Assembly: GCF_036321535.1 (NCBI RefSeq)
Contig: NC_087437.1
Span: 38,566,001-38,630,000, forward strand
Direction: 5' to 3'
DNA from: Camelus dromedarius
Lineage: Eukaryota
Length of the DNA: 64,000 nt
The position numbers and the translations under genes were made by a program. The notes under the pieces were generated by a model. The model had not been told where the DNA came from and made no database searches. It saw only the letters and a program-made list of their open reading frames with translations. Positions 13,440 through 27,850 of the stretch are shown in pieces. Numbering within the stretch: the stretch's first letter is position 1; the number at the start of each line of letters is the position of its first letter.

Positions 13440-13685
13440 AGCTAATCACAACAACTGCATTTGATTACATGTTGAGGGCCAGGAACTTTGAAAACATTAT
13501 CTTATATAACTCCAAAAATATGCCTCCTAAGAAGACATTATTTTATTTTGGCAGGTGAGACTAGTAAGACATAGAAAAGTTGAGTAGCATACTCAAAGTC
13601 AAATAATTATTGTGTTAAAATTTCAAGATTTAAAAAGAAACCTGTCTCTAAATCCAAGTTCTATACCTTCCAGAATGCCTTGACC
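13440..13685 (-). mobile_element. MIR
   Basis: attttggcaggtgagactagtaagacatagaaaagttgagtagcatactcaaagtca. Confidence 0.6.
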
Positions 13686-14329
13686 TGATTATTTTGATGT
13701 GAATATGTGGATAAATGAATACTATGAGATGAAGATTTATGTAGCCCCATACGTGTGTGTGTGTGTGTATGTAGGTAAATTTACACAATTTACCTCTTAG
13801 TAGGTACACATATGATGCAGAGGAATACACCTGTGCATTTAGTATAGAAGTGTTAGTCCTTTTCCAGATATTTTCACACTGCAGTATTTTGATATGTTTG
13901 TCTCTGCAAGAGCACTTAATGATTTTTATATCTAACCCTTGAAAACACAATAGTCCATTACACACAGACTCTCTTTGTCAGAGTATCATCACCCATCTAG
14001 GTTAACTATGAAGGGAAAAGTTTCTTTTGAGAAGTTACTACATGAACTCTTACCATCTTGTCTCTCATAGTCTACATTTAGTCAATTGGAAATGAGATGC
14101 ACCTCTTCTCCACTCATCCTGGAAGTGCAGTAATTTATATTTTAGTTTACTCTTATCATTTCTTGGAGGAAATTTTAAAATAGTGCTTGTTTTAATTTTA
14201 TTTTAATGTAATTTACTTTTAATTTTAAATTTAACTGAAAAGGAGAATCACAGTGAATCCTTTGCTAGCCCAGACAATTCCATGCAACTATTCTTCCATC
14301 ACCCATACCATCTTAGAAATAATCCTTTC

Positions 14330-14800
14330 TATTACTCCTACCCAAAGTGATGGCTAATGTCTGCTCAAATTTAACATTACCCAGCTATGCCAAAATTGGT
14401 TGTTTTAGGCCTGAATTCTTAGCCCAACTGATCTGAGTGGAATCCCTCCTAAAGAATATAGAATTAAGTTCAGGGATTATTGTTTCTATGTGGCTAGTTT
14501 TTAAACTATAGGTGCGTAAAGCTTGGTCATATTAATTGTTCTGTTTTACCATGAAAACTGGGGAATTCAAAAATTTCTGAATAAGGATGAATAGAAGTTT
14601 TGAAAAGAGCAGAGAAGCAGGAAAAGGAGAGTGAAATAGAGAAAAAGAGAAGAGCACAGCATTCTGGTCACTGGTTCATTTCACTATTTAGGTTAGTCTT
14701 TTCCAGGCCCTTTGTTTCTCTTTTCTCCTCATAGCTAGCCTTTTAGCTAACCTAATACAAATATATTCTTATATATTCAACCAAGAAAACAATATTGATT
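14330..14800 (+). mobile_element. Old MaLR LTR (MLT1K/L-like)
   Basis: Degenerate MLT1 layout ending caaccaagaaaac...tgatta. Confidence 0.4.
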
Positions 14801-15129
14801 ATGAGAGGAAAAACCTGGAATGGGAAATAGAGAATTAGCTAGTTGCTAAAGTTATATATCAAATAATATAAAATGTAAACACATTGGATTGAAGTTTTAC
14901 AAAATAATGTAAATGTTCCAACATGTATTTTGGAAGATCATATAAAACTTCTTATTTAAATATGCACCTTACATTTTCCATAAGTGACGTAATTATCTAT
15001 GCAAATTAATTGCAGTATTAGACTAAATACACATGTTAAACTTAAGAATACTCAAAAAGTCTCTATCCTCTAAGTAACACCAGAAATTGGCATAGCTAAA
15101 TAATTAAAAGGATATATTTCTGCCGCAGC

Positions 15130-17613
15130 CTGTCTAGCATTCTTTTATCATGGAAAAGAGAACATTAGCTAAAAAACATGCACAAATACCACAGCTCGGG
15201 GGAAGAATTTTCAAAAGACAGTCCCATAAAAGACAAGAGTTAATCATAAGATTATAGAGTACTTCCTTTTTCCCACACCTTACCACCACATCAACAGGGC
15301 TCCAATAATAGCAGGATGTAGCTGAAAGAGACTCATGACACAGATGCTCTGAGTTGGAGTACTCAGGGAAGTCCAAATAAAAAAGTGGAAACAGAAAAAG
15401 GACCTTAGAAGAATTTGGATCCTCTAGCATTTACAGATATAGCAAATATTAAACAGTAATTCGTAGCTAGTTTAACATGAATATTCACACTAAATATCTA
15501 TTAATTTTAGTTTCTGTTACCTGATACCATCTGTTTGGAATAAATTACATGACATGTCAAAAGGCAAGAAAAAACACAGTCATAAGAGACAGAGTGATCA
15601 TCAGAACCAAACTCAGACATGACACAGATACTGGAATTCTCAGAGAATTTCAAATAGCTGTGATTAATATGTTAATGGCTCTATTTGAAAAAAGTAGGCA
15701 ACATGCAAAAACAAATGTGAAGGAAGATTGAAATTCTAATAGAGTCAAAAGGAAATAATAGAAATAAAAAACATGGTAACATAAATGAAGAATTCCTTCA
15801 ATGGAATCATCAGTATTAGACTCAGGACAACTAAAAAAAGAATTAGAGATAGATCAAGAGAAATATTCCAAACTGGAATGCAAAGAGAAAAAAAATAATT
15901 TTAAAAAAAGGTTATACAAGAACTGTGGTACAACTTTTAACAGTGAACATACACATAACTGGAATACCAGAAGGAAAAGAAGCAAAGAATGGAGAAGTAA
16001 TATTTGATCTAATAATGGCTAGATATGTTCATGATTTAATGACAGACACTAGACCACAAAATCAGGAATCCCAGAGAACACCTAGCAGTCTAAATACCAA
16101 AAATATATATACTGAGGCATATCATATTCAAACTGCAGAACACCAAAGTAAAGAGAAAATCTTGAAAGAAACCAGAAAGAAAAGAAAAAGTACCTTACCA
16201 AAAGAATAAGGATGCAAATTAAGATAGATTTCCAAGAAACTATGTAAGCAAGAAGAAACTGGAGTGAAATATTCAATGTTAAAAAAAAAAAAAATCTGAG
16301 AATTCTAAACCCAGAGAAGTTATCCTTCAAATGTTAAGGGGAAATAAAGAGCTTCTCAGACACAGACTGAAAATGTCATCAGCAGACTGTCTCTTGCAAG
16401 AAATGTTAAAACAAGGTCTTTAGGGAGAAGCAAAATTATATTGGTCAGAAACTTAGATCTACAAGAAGAAAGAAAAATGCCAGAGAAACTATAAGTGAAG
16501 GTAAATTAAATTATCTTAACTATCTTATTCAAAACTGACCTAATATCTAATTGTTTAAAGTAATAGTGGTAACAGTGTATATCAAGTGACGATAGCATGT
16601 GGCAAATAAGATCCCTGATAGGAATGCCAACAAAGAATGGGAGAGAGCATTGGGAGTCCTTTCTTACAAGATACAGGTGAAGTGATACCATGTTATTTGA
16701 AGGTGGACTTTGATTCGTTAAAAATATTATAAACCCCAGGGAAACCATTAAAGAAAGATTTTTTTTAAGTAGTATAATTGATATGCTGAATAAAGAGGGA
16801 AAATTGAATTGTACAAAATACACAATTAAAACTAGAGAAGGCAAAGAAAGGAGAGAAAAAAAGAAACAAATTAAAAAATGCAGTCAGTAAGATAAGAGTT
16901 ACACATATGGTAGATATTAATCCAATTATATAGTTACTTTTAAGGTAGATGATCTACATACTACTAAAAGACAGACTTTCAGAGTGGAACAATAAAAGAA
17001 AAAAACCCATCTCAATGTTGTCTGTAAGAAACTAGTTTAAATATTAATTACTAGATAGTCTAAAAAGAAAAGTATGGGGAAATACGTTCCATGGTAACAC
17101 TGAGTGAAAAAACTTCAAGAGGCTACATAATATATGAATCCATTGATAGAACATTCTGGAAAACTATGGAGATAAGAAACTTATTGTTTGCCAGGGTGAT
17201 TGGGAAGGAAGTATTAATTAACTGAAGCTCAGGAAATTTTTAGTGGATGAAATTATTCTGTATGATACTGTAATAATGCATATATTATTCTATGTTTTTG
17301 TCAAAACTCATAGAATTTTGCAGAAAAATAGAGAACCTTGATATATGGAAATATTTTTAAAAATATCATTTAGGCCAGGAAATCCCAGAATGACTTGCTT
17401 AATGTGACAAAAGAATATCACATTATTATAAATGTATGAAACCATCTCACTGTAAGGGGAGTGTAGGAAACTGGACTAAATAATTTTGGTAGTTAGTGGA
17501 AATCTTAAGAATAAAGGCAAAAGTAACTGCATAGCACTGTACTCTAGTTTATAAAGTTGTTTCCTATCAGTTAACAATTTGAAACCAGTGTACATGTATA
17601 CTGGAATTGAACA
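15130..17613 (+). mobile_element. Old L1 (L1MC/L1MD-like): ORF1 remnant, start of ORF2, 3'UTR; most of ORF2 deleted
   Basis: ORF 15925-16209 gives ORF1 motifs NIHITGIPEG...QESQRTPS...KEKILK. ORF2 start ~16890-17100 joins directly to 3'UTR text (ggctacataatatatgaatccatt; agcactgtactctagtt...ctggaattgaaca). Confidence 0.85.
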
Positions 17614-17619
17614 GTATCA

Positions 17620-17940
17620 TGTCCTCTTTCCAAGTGTACTGGAGCCAATCACCTTTTTTTTCGGTCCTTGTATGGGCTTTCCTGGCTGTTGTCACGGCAG
17701 TCGTCAACTGTCACGGTGCTGGTGGATGTGTCATTTAGCATGCTAATGCATGATAACAAGCATCTAATGAGGCTGAAGGTACACTGGAAGTCAGATCCTC
17801 TGCCATATTGGGCCTGGTTGGTTCTAATCAGTTCTTGTTTTTTCTTTTTGCAGCTTCCTTCTGAGACTTATTTGGAGTAATTGATTTCTGTTTGAGGGAG
17901 AGGCAGGGGTATGATCCTGGGAGCAGCACCCTCAGTTTCA
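17620..17940 (-). mobile_element. ERV1-class LTR fragment (MER41-like)
   Basis: aactgtcacggtgctggtggatgtgtcatttagcatgctaatgcat motif; ends ...tttca; GC/CpG richer than flanks. Confidence 0.65.
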
Positions 17941-18203
17941 GTTAGAGAGATTTCTGAAGAGGAGGCTAGGGAAGAGATCTGGTCATCATGCAGTTTACCT
18001 TTTTCCCTCAGGTGGCAGTTATAATAGCTGTAAAACAACTCAGGAATGTGCATCAGACACTGAGTTTGTGACTTTGTTGTCCTTATCATCTATTGCTTGA
18101 GCCTGCTCTTTTATGACTTAGAGAGGCCTGATACACTTCAGCTTTTCTATAAACAAGAAGCAGAGGTTGAGAGTTGTGCCCCACAGGATCCTGCTCAGTT
18201 ATA
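17941..18203 (-). mobile_element. Second ERV1-class LTR fragment
   Basis: Ends gatcctgctcagttata, resembling an antisense ERV1 LTR terminus. Confidence 0.5.
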
Positions 18204-18214
18204 TGTATATACAG

Positions 18215-18762
18215 GCCATGTTGTTTATCCACTCAAAACCTTCAGAAAACACCCCTCTTTTTCAGAATTAAAGCAAGAGACTTACCACTGTTGACAAACC
18301 CTGGCATGTCCAGTTCTACACTATTCTACACTATTTGAGAGGTCAGTCTACTGTCTCCATGCTGGCCTGCTCACTGTTCCTTAGGCATGCTTGGCATATT
18401 ACTACCTCAAGTTCCTTCCACTTGCTTTTTGTTCTTTTTGGAAAACTAATCACCCTAAAAACTGCCAAATATCACATATCCGAGAGAAACTCCTTGTTCG
18501 CTTGATACAAAATAGACCTCACCATTGTTGCCTATTATTCTACTCTGCTTTATTTCTTGTCCCAACATTATTTCCACCTGCTATATATGTGTGCATGTGT
18601 ATGCAGGTGTCTGTTAAATATCTATGTCTCCCAAGTGTATCTATGTTTCATGAAGGATTATTTTTTCTTTTGCTATGTGTGAACTGCTCTGACTGTAGGG
18701 TCTAGAGCAATTCTGGAATATGAATGCTTAAGAATGTCCGTTGAATAAATGAATGAATGAGT
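18215..18762 (+). mobile_element. L2 3' end (L2a-like)
   Basis: ccactcaaaaccttca... ending gttgaataaatgaatgaatga. Confidence 0.75.
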
Positions 18763-20821
18763 AAATCATATTAATTATAATTAAATTATATATTTTCCCC
18801 TAAAAACTATAATGAAAAAGTTGTATCTATAGTTTTAAAATCAACTTAGGTGTTAAAAGTGACCTAAGTAAGATATAAACTAAATATTACCATTCTAAAA
18901 TAACAGTTAAATATATAGATATAAATATATAAAATAAAATAAATATGCATGAGTTATTTATTTTAATTTATAAAAGTATAAACTATTAATCCCATTTACA
19001 GATACGCAAGCTGAAGACTAAAACAAGAACTAATTTTCTTATCTTAGCCTCTCATCCCATACTAGTCTTATTACCAAGCTTTTTTTCAACTTTGTCATGA
19101 CATTTGGCTTGTTTATCCATAAAGCACTCACTATTCAATGAAGAAAAGATTGTATATTTCCTTCTTCAGTACACACAGCATTCTCAAAATGGGTTTTTCT
19201 GATATTTAAAGAGATTTCTGACAGAAATGCTAGTGCTGACATATATAGTATATTATCATTTTAGATTCTGCTGAGATTTATGTTAACTTTAATCTAACCT
19301 TATTTTGATCTATGTTTAAAGTGTTAGAAATGAAATCTGATGTTTTCCTCAGATATAAAATTTATTAACCACCTCCAAACTCAAGACGAGTTATTTGTTA
19401 CACCCAAATACTGCAAGCCATAATCTTTTTGAATTGCTGTTATATTTGACAAAGAACTGCTTTATGACATAATACATCCAAAGTAGAACTTTACTTTAAA
19501 TTAAAAATAAAAGCATAAGAAAAAATATAAAGATACTGTTATGTATTCACATTTTATATTTAATAAAGATCTATAATATTCTAGCTTTAAGATTCACATG
19601 TTGTTAATATTTATACCTAGAATTGCTTTATTATATTATCCACTAATAATAAGATTTAGCTGTAATCCGCATCCTATCCAGAGGACTACTAGCCCTACAT
19701 GTAGCATTATTAATCTTTCCCTAAGTATGGTGATTAGATATTTGTTTCATCAAACTAAAAATATTTTACCAGTTCTTCTTCTAGCGTATGTAACAGTTAA
19801 GTTGACCAATAAAACTATTCTTTTCCACTTAACTACCACAAATTATATCTCATTCCAGGCATGATTTGGACTGCTTTTTTGTGGAAAGAATTTTTCCAGT
19901 GCTATTTGAAGGAACATTTAAATTTGAAACAAAACTCTTAAATTGTTACCTTGTCATCTAGTATCCTGAGAAAATTAGTGATATAAAATCTTTGAGATAT
20001 TTCTTTAAAATTTTATACAATTTAATGAGTATATATCACTATACAAGCTATACTAAAAAGCCATTAAATGATTATTAATCTTACATTGGATTTACCAAAT
20101 TGTTTTTTCAGAAGAAGTAATTACATTCTGAGAATAACAAGTTATCCTGAGTGGATATTCCTTATTTATTTTGGGGGAACTCTCCCATTGCAATCATGTT
20201 CAAAATTAATAATGTCACAAATTATCTTGTTCCTGTCATGGTCACATATTTATTTAGTGTCCCCTTCAAAAACAAACCAAAACAGCATATCAAACAACCT
20301 CTGAGTCTGCAACTTGCATTATCTCTGGCAGTTCAATAGTTCATTAGATTGCTATTCCTTATGTAGTTCTGGAAATTCTCAAGAGATATTTGCATATTCT
20401 ACAAAAATATCCTGACTTCTCCTGTCACGTTACCCAGTCATCTAACCTTAGATAATCACTAGGTTTTACTGCAGATCACATTTTGTCAACTAATAACTAT
20501 CTTCCTAAATTGAAAGTATTTCTTTAAAAAGGCCATTGTCTCAAAGCAGCAATAAGGCCAAAGATGTTACCAAAGATTTTTGACATCATTAGAAAGAAAT
20601 TGAAACAGAAAGACTTAAAGAAAATAAATTAAACAAGATATTTTTAATCATGCCATTGACTTGTATATCCCTATTACAGAAAATAATCTTGATTTTGCCT
20701 TCAAATTAGTAAATGTCTCATTAAGAATTTATTTTTCATCAGTGACAGTCCTTTCAAAACATACAAATTAAAGCAAAACCTGTTTTCAGAGGAGAATTTG
20801 AACCTTAGGGAAAAAAATCTA

Positions 20822-21945
20822 TTAATTTATTTCTGGCAAATTTCAAACATACATAAAAATATCATGAACTTTCTCTTTGTATATATTACCCAGCTTCAAC
20901 AATGATGAGATCATAGACAATCTTGTTTCCTCTAAACCCAGATTTAATTTTAACCTCAACCATTACCAAAGTTATTTGACACTAATGTTAGACACAATGT
21001 GATTTCATTCATTAATATTTAGTATGCATTCTCTAAACAAAAAAGAATCAATTAAAGAAATATGATCATTTGATTTTTTTGATGTTAATAATTACTGAAA
21101 AACTTTATTTATAATTGTGATTTGATTCATTGTTGAAACATTTTTTACAGTTTATTTCTTTGAGTTAGGATACAAAAAATTCACACATTGCCATTTGGTA
21201 TTGTCTGAGACCTATTATTAATATGAAATCTTTAAGATATATATTTACAATTTTAGAAAATATAATTAATGGATATATTTTAATTTCTATGTTTCTACAT
21301 TATCTTTTTCCTTTGAAATTATTTGTTAAAGAAATAGTTGTTTCTAATAGTTACAGAATTTTCCCCAGTTAAGATTTGCTCATTTCATCCAAGTGATAAT
21401 GTTGCACATGATATTCTATGTCATGTATTTCTTTAAAATTGTTGGTTATATCTAGAGGCTTGATCCAATTCAAATTTGAATCTTTTTGCAACACTATCAT
21501 AGATTATTATGTACTTCTATGAGGAGACGTATTCATGTCTGGCTTTCTTTCTTTTGATTATGTTAGTAAATATTGATCATACCACCTTTGTCCACTAATT
21601 GATCACATTAACATTTCAGAATGTAAAAAGATAATTCTCTAATTCCTATTTCATGTATAAACTGGATGACACCTATAAATTAGAAATTTGCATTTATCAA
21701 CATTTGAGTTATACTGAAGTACAGTTTGTAGATGAAAGACAGGATAAATTATTACAATTATACAAGTATAATTAATATGTAATCCAAATGATGATATAAA
21801 GGGGTGAATAAAAGGAATTTGTGCATGTATTCCTTATTGGTATAAGGTATTAATTCTATCATTGTCTTATTTACTGGATCTGAGGTAGGTACTCTTAGTT
21901 GCTTATGTGTTAGTTTTTCCTTTTCTTCTTGTCAACACATCCTGA
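20822..21945 (-). mobile_element. L1MC4/5-like 3'UTR
   Basis: aaatttcaaacatacataaaa...acccagcttcaacaatga...aatcttgtttc. Confidence 0.7.
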
Positions 21946-21946
21946 T

Positions 21947-24266
21947 TTTTTATATATATATTTAATTTTTAGAGAAGTTTATGTTCATAGCAAAATTGAG
22001 TGAATAGCACATAGAATTCTCATATAATTCTTTCCCCCCACAACAAACACACCGCCGCCCTCACCATCAACATTCCAAGCCAGAGTGATACATTTATTGC
22101 AATTGATAAGCATTGACACATCATTATCACCTAATGTCCACAGTTTCCAATGGAGTTCACTCTTGGTGTTGTGCTTTCAATGAGTTTTGACAAATACACA
22201 ATAAAATATATTCACCATTATAGTATCATAATATCATACCAAATTTTTCAGTGTTCTAAAAATCCTCTATGTATCACCAGTTCACCAATTCATTTATTCC
22301 TCTCCTTCAAACCCCTGGATAACACTGGTCTTTTTACTATCTTCATAGTTTTGCCTATTCCAGAATGTCATAGAGTTGGAATCACATAGAATATAGCCTC
22401 TTCAGATTGGCTTCTTTCACTTAGCAATCAGCATTTAAGTTTTATCCATGTCTTTCCATGCCTTAATTGCTCATTTCTTTTTAGTATTGAGTAATGTTTC
22501 ATTGTATGGATACACCACAGTATATTTATCCATTAACCTAATGAAGGACATCTTCCTTGCTTCCAAGTTTGAGCAGTTATGAAGAAAGCAGCTATAAACA
22601 TCTATATGGAGGTTTTTGTGTAGACAGAAGTTGTCAATTCCTTTGGATAAATACCAAACATTGCAGTTGCTGGATATGCTTAGGTTGCAAGAAAGTACTA
22701 AACCTCCTTCTGAAGTAATTATACATGTTGCATTCCTACCAGCAATGAAAAAGAGTTCCTGTTCCTCCACATCCTTGCCAGTATTTGGCGTTTTATGTGT
22801 TTGAGATTTTGGCCATTTTAATAGTTGTAGAGCAGTATCTCATTGTCATTTTAATTTTTCAATTCCAAAATGGTATATGATATTGAACATCTTTTCATAT
22901 GCTTATTTGCCATCTATGTATCTTATTTTGAGGCATCTGTTCGGAAAATTTGCCCATTTTTTAAATTGGGTGTTTATCATTTTCTTATTATTGAGCTTTC
23001 AGTTCTTTGTATGTTGGGGATAACAGTCTTAGCTACATATTTTGCAAATGTCTGCTTTAAGTCTATGTCTTGTCTTCTGATTCTCTTGACATTATCTTTC
23101 ACAGAGAAGTTTTTTTGATTTAATGAAGTCCAACTTACCAATTCTTTCTTTCATAAATAGTGCTTTGGAATTATACAAAGAAAGTCATCATCAAACCAAA
23201 TTCATCTACATTTTCTCCTATGTTGTCTTCTTGGAGTTTTTAGTTTTGCATTTAGTATTTAGTCTATGACAAATTTTGAGTTAAATTTTTGTGAAATATA
23301 TAAGGTTTGTGCCAATTTTTTTCCATGTAAATATCCAGTTTTTCTAGCACCATTTTGTTAAAGACTATCCTTTCTCCATCATGTTGCCTTTGCTCCTTTA
23401 TCAAAGATCAGTTGACTCTATTTGTGTGAGTGTATTTATTAGATCTCCATTTATTATGTGCTTTGATTTCTTTCATCAGAGCTTTGCAGTTTTTCTAATA
23501 TAGAGCTTGTACATATTTTGTTAGGTTTGTGCCTAAGTATTTTATTTTTTGGTGTTAATTTAAATGTTATTGCTTTTTAATTTCAAACTCCAATTGCTCT
23601 TTCCCATTATGTAATATATAAATTAACTTTTGCATATTTACCCTATATCCTGCAACCTTATATTAAATACTTACTAGTTTTAAAAGTTTAATTGTGGATT
23701 CTTTGGATTTTCTAAAGATAATCATGTCATCTGTGAACAAAAATAGTTTTATGTCCTTCTTTCAATCTGTATATCTTGCATTTCCTTTTCTTGCCTTATT
23801 GTATTAGCTAGGATGTCCAGTACAATGTTGAAAAGGCATGGTGAGAAGGGACATCCTTGCTTTGTTCCTGATCTTAGTGGGAAAATTTCTAGTTTCTCAC
23901 CATTAAGTATGATGTTAGATGTGGGGTTTTTTTGTAGATGTTCTTTATCAATTTGATGAAATTCCCCTCCATTCCTAGTTTTCTGATAGTTTTCTTTTTA
24001 TCATGAATGAGTGTTGAATTTTTTCAAATGCTTTTTCTGCATCTATTGATATAATCATATGATATTTCTTCTTTAGGCTGTTGATGTGATAGAATGCTAG
24101 ATATGATAGAATGCTAACTGGTTTTCAAATATTGAGCCAGCATTGTACACTTGAAATACATCCCACTTGGTCATACTATATAATTATTTTTATAGATTGT
24201 TGGACTTGATTTGTTAATATGAAATAGAATTTTTGAATCTATATTAATGAGAGATACAGATCTGTA
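21947..24266 (-). mobile_element. L1MC1-like element (3'UTR + ORF2 remnants)
   Basis: gttcatagcaaaattgag...ttgacacatcattatcacc...gttcactcttggtgttgt, followed by antisense ORF2 text (gggacatccttgctttgttcctgatcttag). Confidence 0.9.
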
Positions 24267-24344
24267 GCAGATTCTGTTTTGAAGCAGTAATGAGGTCAAC
24301 TTGAAGCAGTGGTTTGTAATTGATTCAAATTAACTGTAACAATT

Positions 24345-24758
24345 GCATACTTTATTTAGCATTCTCTTTTTCAGACAGATGTGGCCAACTGGTTAATTCT
24401 TGGCCAGTAAGACAAAACCACTAAAAGGATTTCTTGCAAAGAGTTTTCTTTAGTGATAAGGGGATAGATGTGACTCCCTCAGATTTTTATTCTTCTCACT
24501 TTCACATTCTTCTTCACTGAATATAGTCATTATAGTCATGGTGCTTTGAAGTGAAGTACCCATCATGGGATCGTGAGAGAAAGGCCCAGAGAATTACAAA
24601 TATCAGCTCTGTGATTTTTAAAACACTGACAAAATGCCAGAAAGCAGCTTAAATCCAGATTTTTTTGTTATGTCAGCAAAACATATTTTAATTTTTTAAA
24701 AATTACTTCTAGTCAAGTTATCTGTTTACTTGCAACTAAAAGCATTTCGAATGATGCA
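24345..24758 (+). mobile_element. MaLR LTR (MLT1I/J-like)
   Basis: aattcttggccagtaaga... 3' end ctgtttacttgcaactaaaagcatttcgaatgatgca. Confidence 0.7.
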
Positions 24759-25159
24759 GTTTCCTAAAAGTATCAGTCTCTTATTTTGAAGGAACTCATG
24801 GTTTGAATTATGTGTGTGTGTGTGTGTGTTTTATAATTGAAAACTAGGAGATGATAATTTTCTATCTTGCATTTTTAAAATATTTTATTATTAAACAATA
24901 ATTTATTGAATACATAGCCTATATAATAATAGCATAGTGCCTTGAACCTGGAGTAAGGAATCAGATGGTTTTTTATTAATGTTAATATTAATATTGTTAG
25001 TGTATTTTGAGTGACGTTTTCAGGTTTACTTTTTCTTGCTTTAAAAATATCATTTTAATTTAATGACATTTAAAGCCAACTCACAGTCATTGTTTTGAAA
25101 CAAGTTATTTCCATTTCAATAATTAGATTAGAATGAATCTCAAAAAAGATTCATTAAAT

Positions 25160-25440
25160 TACTGAAGCAATTTATTTATTGAAAAATATATACTCATTAC
25201 CAACTATATCCACCACTTTAAGTTCTAAAGTTACTACAACAAACAGAGCAGACAAGGCCCTTCTTTTACAAAATCCAAAATATTCTCAGTGGAAAGAGAC
25301 AATAGGAAAGTAAAACAATCAATAGGTAATTTCAAAGAGTATTGAGTGATCAAACAAACATTAAGACAAAATAAAGTTTTAGAACCTGTAATGTAAAGTC
25401 ACTTTAGATATGGGTGATATAAAATTACATTGCATGGGTA
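25160..25440 (-). mobile_element. L2 fragment
   Basis: aacagagcagacaaggccctt...atattctcagtggaaagagaca. Confidence 0.5.
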
Positions 25441-25515
25441 ATTTAAAACTGTCTTTAATGTCACAATCTTTGAATCCATATCTTGAAAAGACAATTTCAA
25501 TAACGGTTTTGTCTT

Positions 25516-25922
25516 TTTTATTGAAATATTGTTGATTTACAATATTATATTACTTTTAGGTGTACAACAAAGTGATACATATATATATATGTATATATAT
25601 ATTCTTTTTTCTGATTCTTTTCCATTATAGGTTACTACAAGTTATTGAATATAGTTCCCTGTGCTATACTGTAAATCCTTGCTGTTTATATATTTTGTAT
25701 ATAGTAGTGTATATCTGTTAATCTTATACTCCTAATTTATCTCTCCCTCTCTTCCCATTTGGTAACCATAAGTTTGTTTCCTACGTCCATGAGTCTGTTT
25801 CTATTTTGTGAATAACTTCATTTGTACTATTTTTTAGATTCCCCATATAAGTGACACCATGTAATATTTGTCTTTGTCTGACTAAACTTCACTTAGTATG
25901 ATAATCTCTAGTTCCATCCATG
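25516..25922 (-). mobile_element. 5'-truncated artiodactyl-type L1 3'UTR with decayed 17-bp TSD
   Basis: ttattgaaatattgttgatttacaat...ttgaatatagttccctgtgctata. TSD aataacggttttgtctt (25499-25515) vs aagaatagtttcatctt (25923-25939), 12/17 identical. Confidence 0.9.
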
Positions 25923-26059
25923 AAGAATAGTTTCATCTTAATGAGCCTTATCAAAATTGTTGCTCACAGTAAATATCTTGCATAGTTACATCAAAACTCT
26001 GTTTTAGACTACAAATTTCATTGTATTCTTTTGGAAGACTTCACTAAGATTCAGGATCA

Positions 26060-26250
26060 ACTGGAGCTCAGGACTAGGGAATCAGCAGATTTGGGTTCTA
26101 GTTCTAGCCCTATACTATTGAACTACATGTCCCTGGAAAATCATTCTATTCAGGTGTAGGAATTTAGTTCCTCTGAATTCCCATTTTCATATCTGTAAAA
26201 GGACTGGGCCAAATAATCTTTAATGCCTTTTCAATTCTAAATTTTGATGC
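26060..26250 (+). mobile_element. MIR (MIR3/MIRc-like)
   Basis: gggttctagttctagccct...ttttcatatctgtaaaagg. Confidence 0.7.
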
Positions 26251-26889
26251 TTGTTTGGCCCAAGATCTGGAAAACAAGTTTATGCAAAAGAATAAATAAA
26301 TAAAAGTTTATCCTGAGAAGTACAGTATATGAATGTCAAAGCATACTCTACAAATTTACAGATACTGAGGACTGAATAATTCACCAACTGGAATAAATAG
26401 AGGATGTTTTTACATCTGATATTTATTCAGAAAACTATGTTACATCTCATTTATTTTTCTTAAAAATATTTTGACATTCTAATTGCCTTTCCTGTGTCCT
26501 TTTCAATTTTAAAAACAATTTTCAGAATAATTACTCCACTATGTCACCTGAAAATGATTTGGGAATGTTATGAATCCTACTGAGGAATCAATCTTCCATG
26601 AAAAATGATTGGCTTGTTTTTGTATTCTGTTAAATTATTTCTGCTAGTCAGCACTCAAATATACAGCTGACCACTTGTACTAGGAAAATTTGGATTCTTG
26701 TAGGAGTAATTACTTGGCTTTCATCTTTGCAATTATAAAAACACAGGTGCCATTTTAAATTTGGACCAAGATATGTAAGAGTTGTTGTTTTAAAAAAAAA
26801 ACATGTACCAAGAATGCCTTAACAATTGTGTAAAGTTAAATTTAAACAGTGGTTAGAAAGTTTTTACACTGTACATACAAAGTTATTTC

Positions 26890-27850
26890 AAGGTAGAATC
26901 CTCAGTAACTTCACATTTTCTCACCTCTCTTCTTCTCCATGACCAACTAACCAAAAGTGCTATTGATTATACCTAAGAAGAGTGTTTCAAATGCAGCTCA
27001 CCCTCAACATGTCCATTATGTTTGACTTTCTTTGACTTAATCTTTGATTATCTCCTATTTCCCTTAAATGAGTGATTGCAGTAGCCTCCTATTTTGCCTC
27101 CCTTTACCAAGTCCACCTCATCAGTATTTTGTGTGCTTGTCTATCTACCTCGATTAATTTTCCTACATTGTTATGATTTGTATAAGAATAGGAACTGTTC
27201 ACTTCTACCTTCAGCACATATGAGAATGACTGATACATAACAAATATAGAAGATAACTACACATAGTAGACATAGAAATGAATACATAGAAAATGAATAA
27301 AAATATAATTCTGATTTTGAAACTATAAAATTTAAAACTTGCAGTGATTTACATTACTTTCAGTATAAAATCAATATTTCTTACCTTGTCTCACTTTCAC
27401 CCCTGTGTCTAATAATCTACAACTCAATTTACCAACTTTGAGATTAAGTTACAATGAACTTACCTTGATGTTTCAATTAGGACAGCCCACTTTTAAAAAT
27501 CATTAAGTGTTTTTACATTGCCTTTTGTACCTTCTACTTAAAATTCTTTTCCCTTTCATCCATCAGATATATTTCTGCATGCATTCAATTAGTCAGCTCA
27601 TGTTTCCTCCTCAGTTAGATTTTCCAGTTCTCACAAGTCAAAGTAATAATTCTTGATTCCAAATCATAATCTTTCCACCTTTACAACAATAATATTTAAT
27701 TTTTAAATTTATATCTATTTGTGTATTATTCTGTTGAACTCATATTCTTAGGAAGAGTGTCTGTTTCATGTTTAAGACCTCATGGTCTATTAAAGTGCTT
27801 AATATATTGATTGCTGTTGCTCAGTCAACTCAGTGAATGAATGGATGCTC
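26890..27850 (+). mobile_element. L2 fragments
   Basis: gattgcagtagcctcct...; tail ctcagtgaatgaatgga. Confidence 0.55.
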
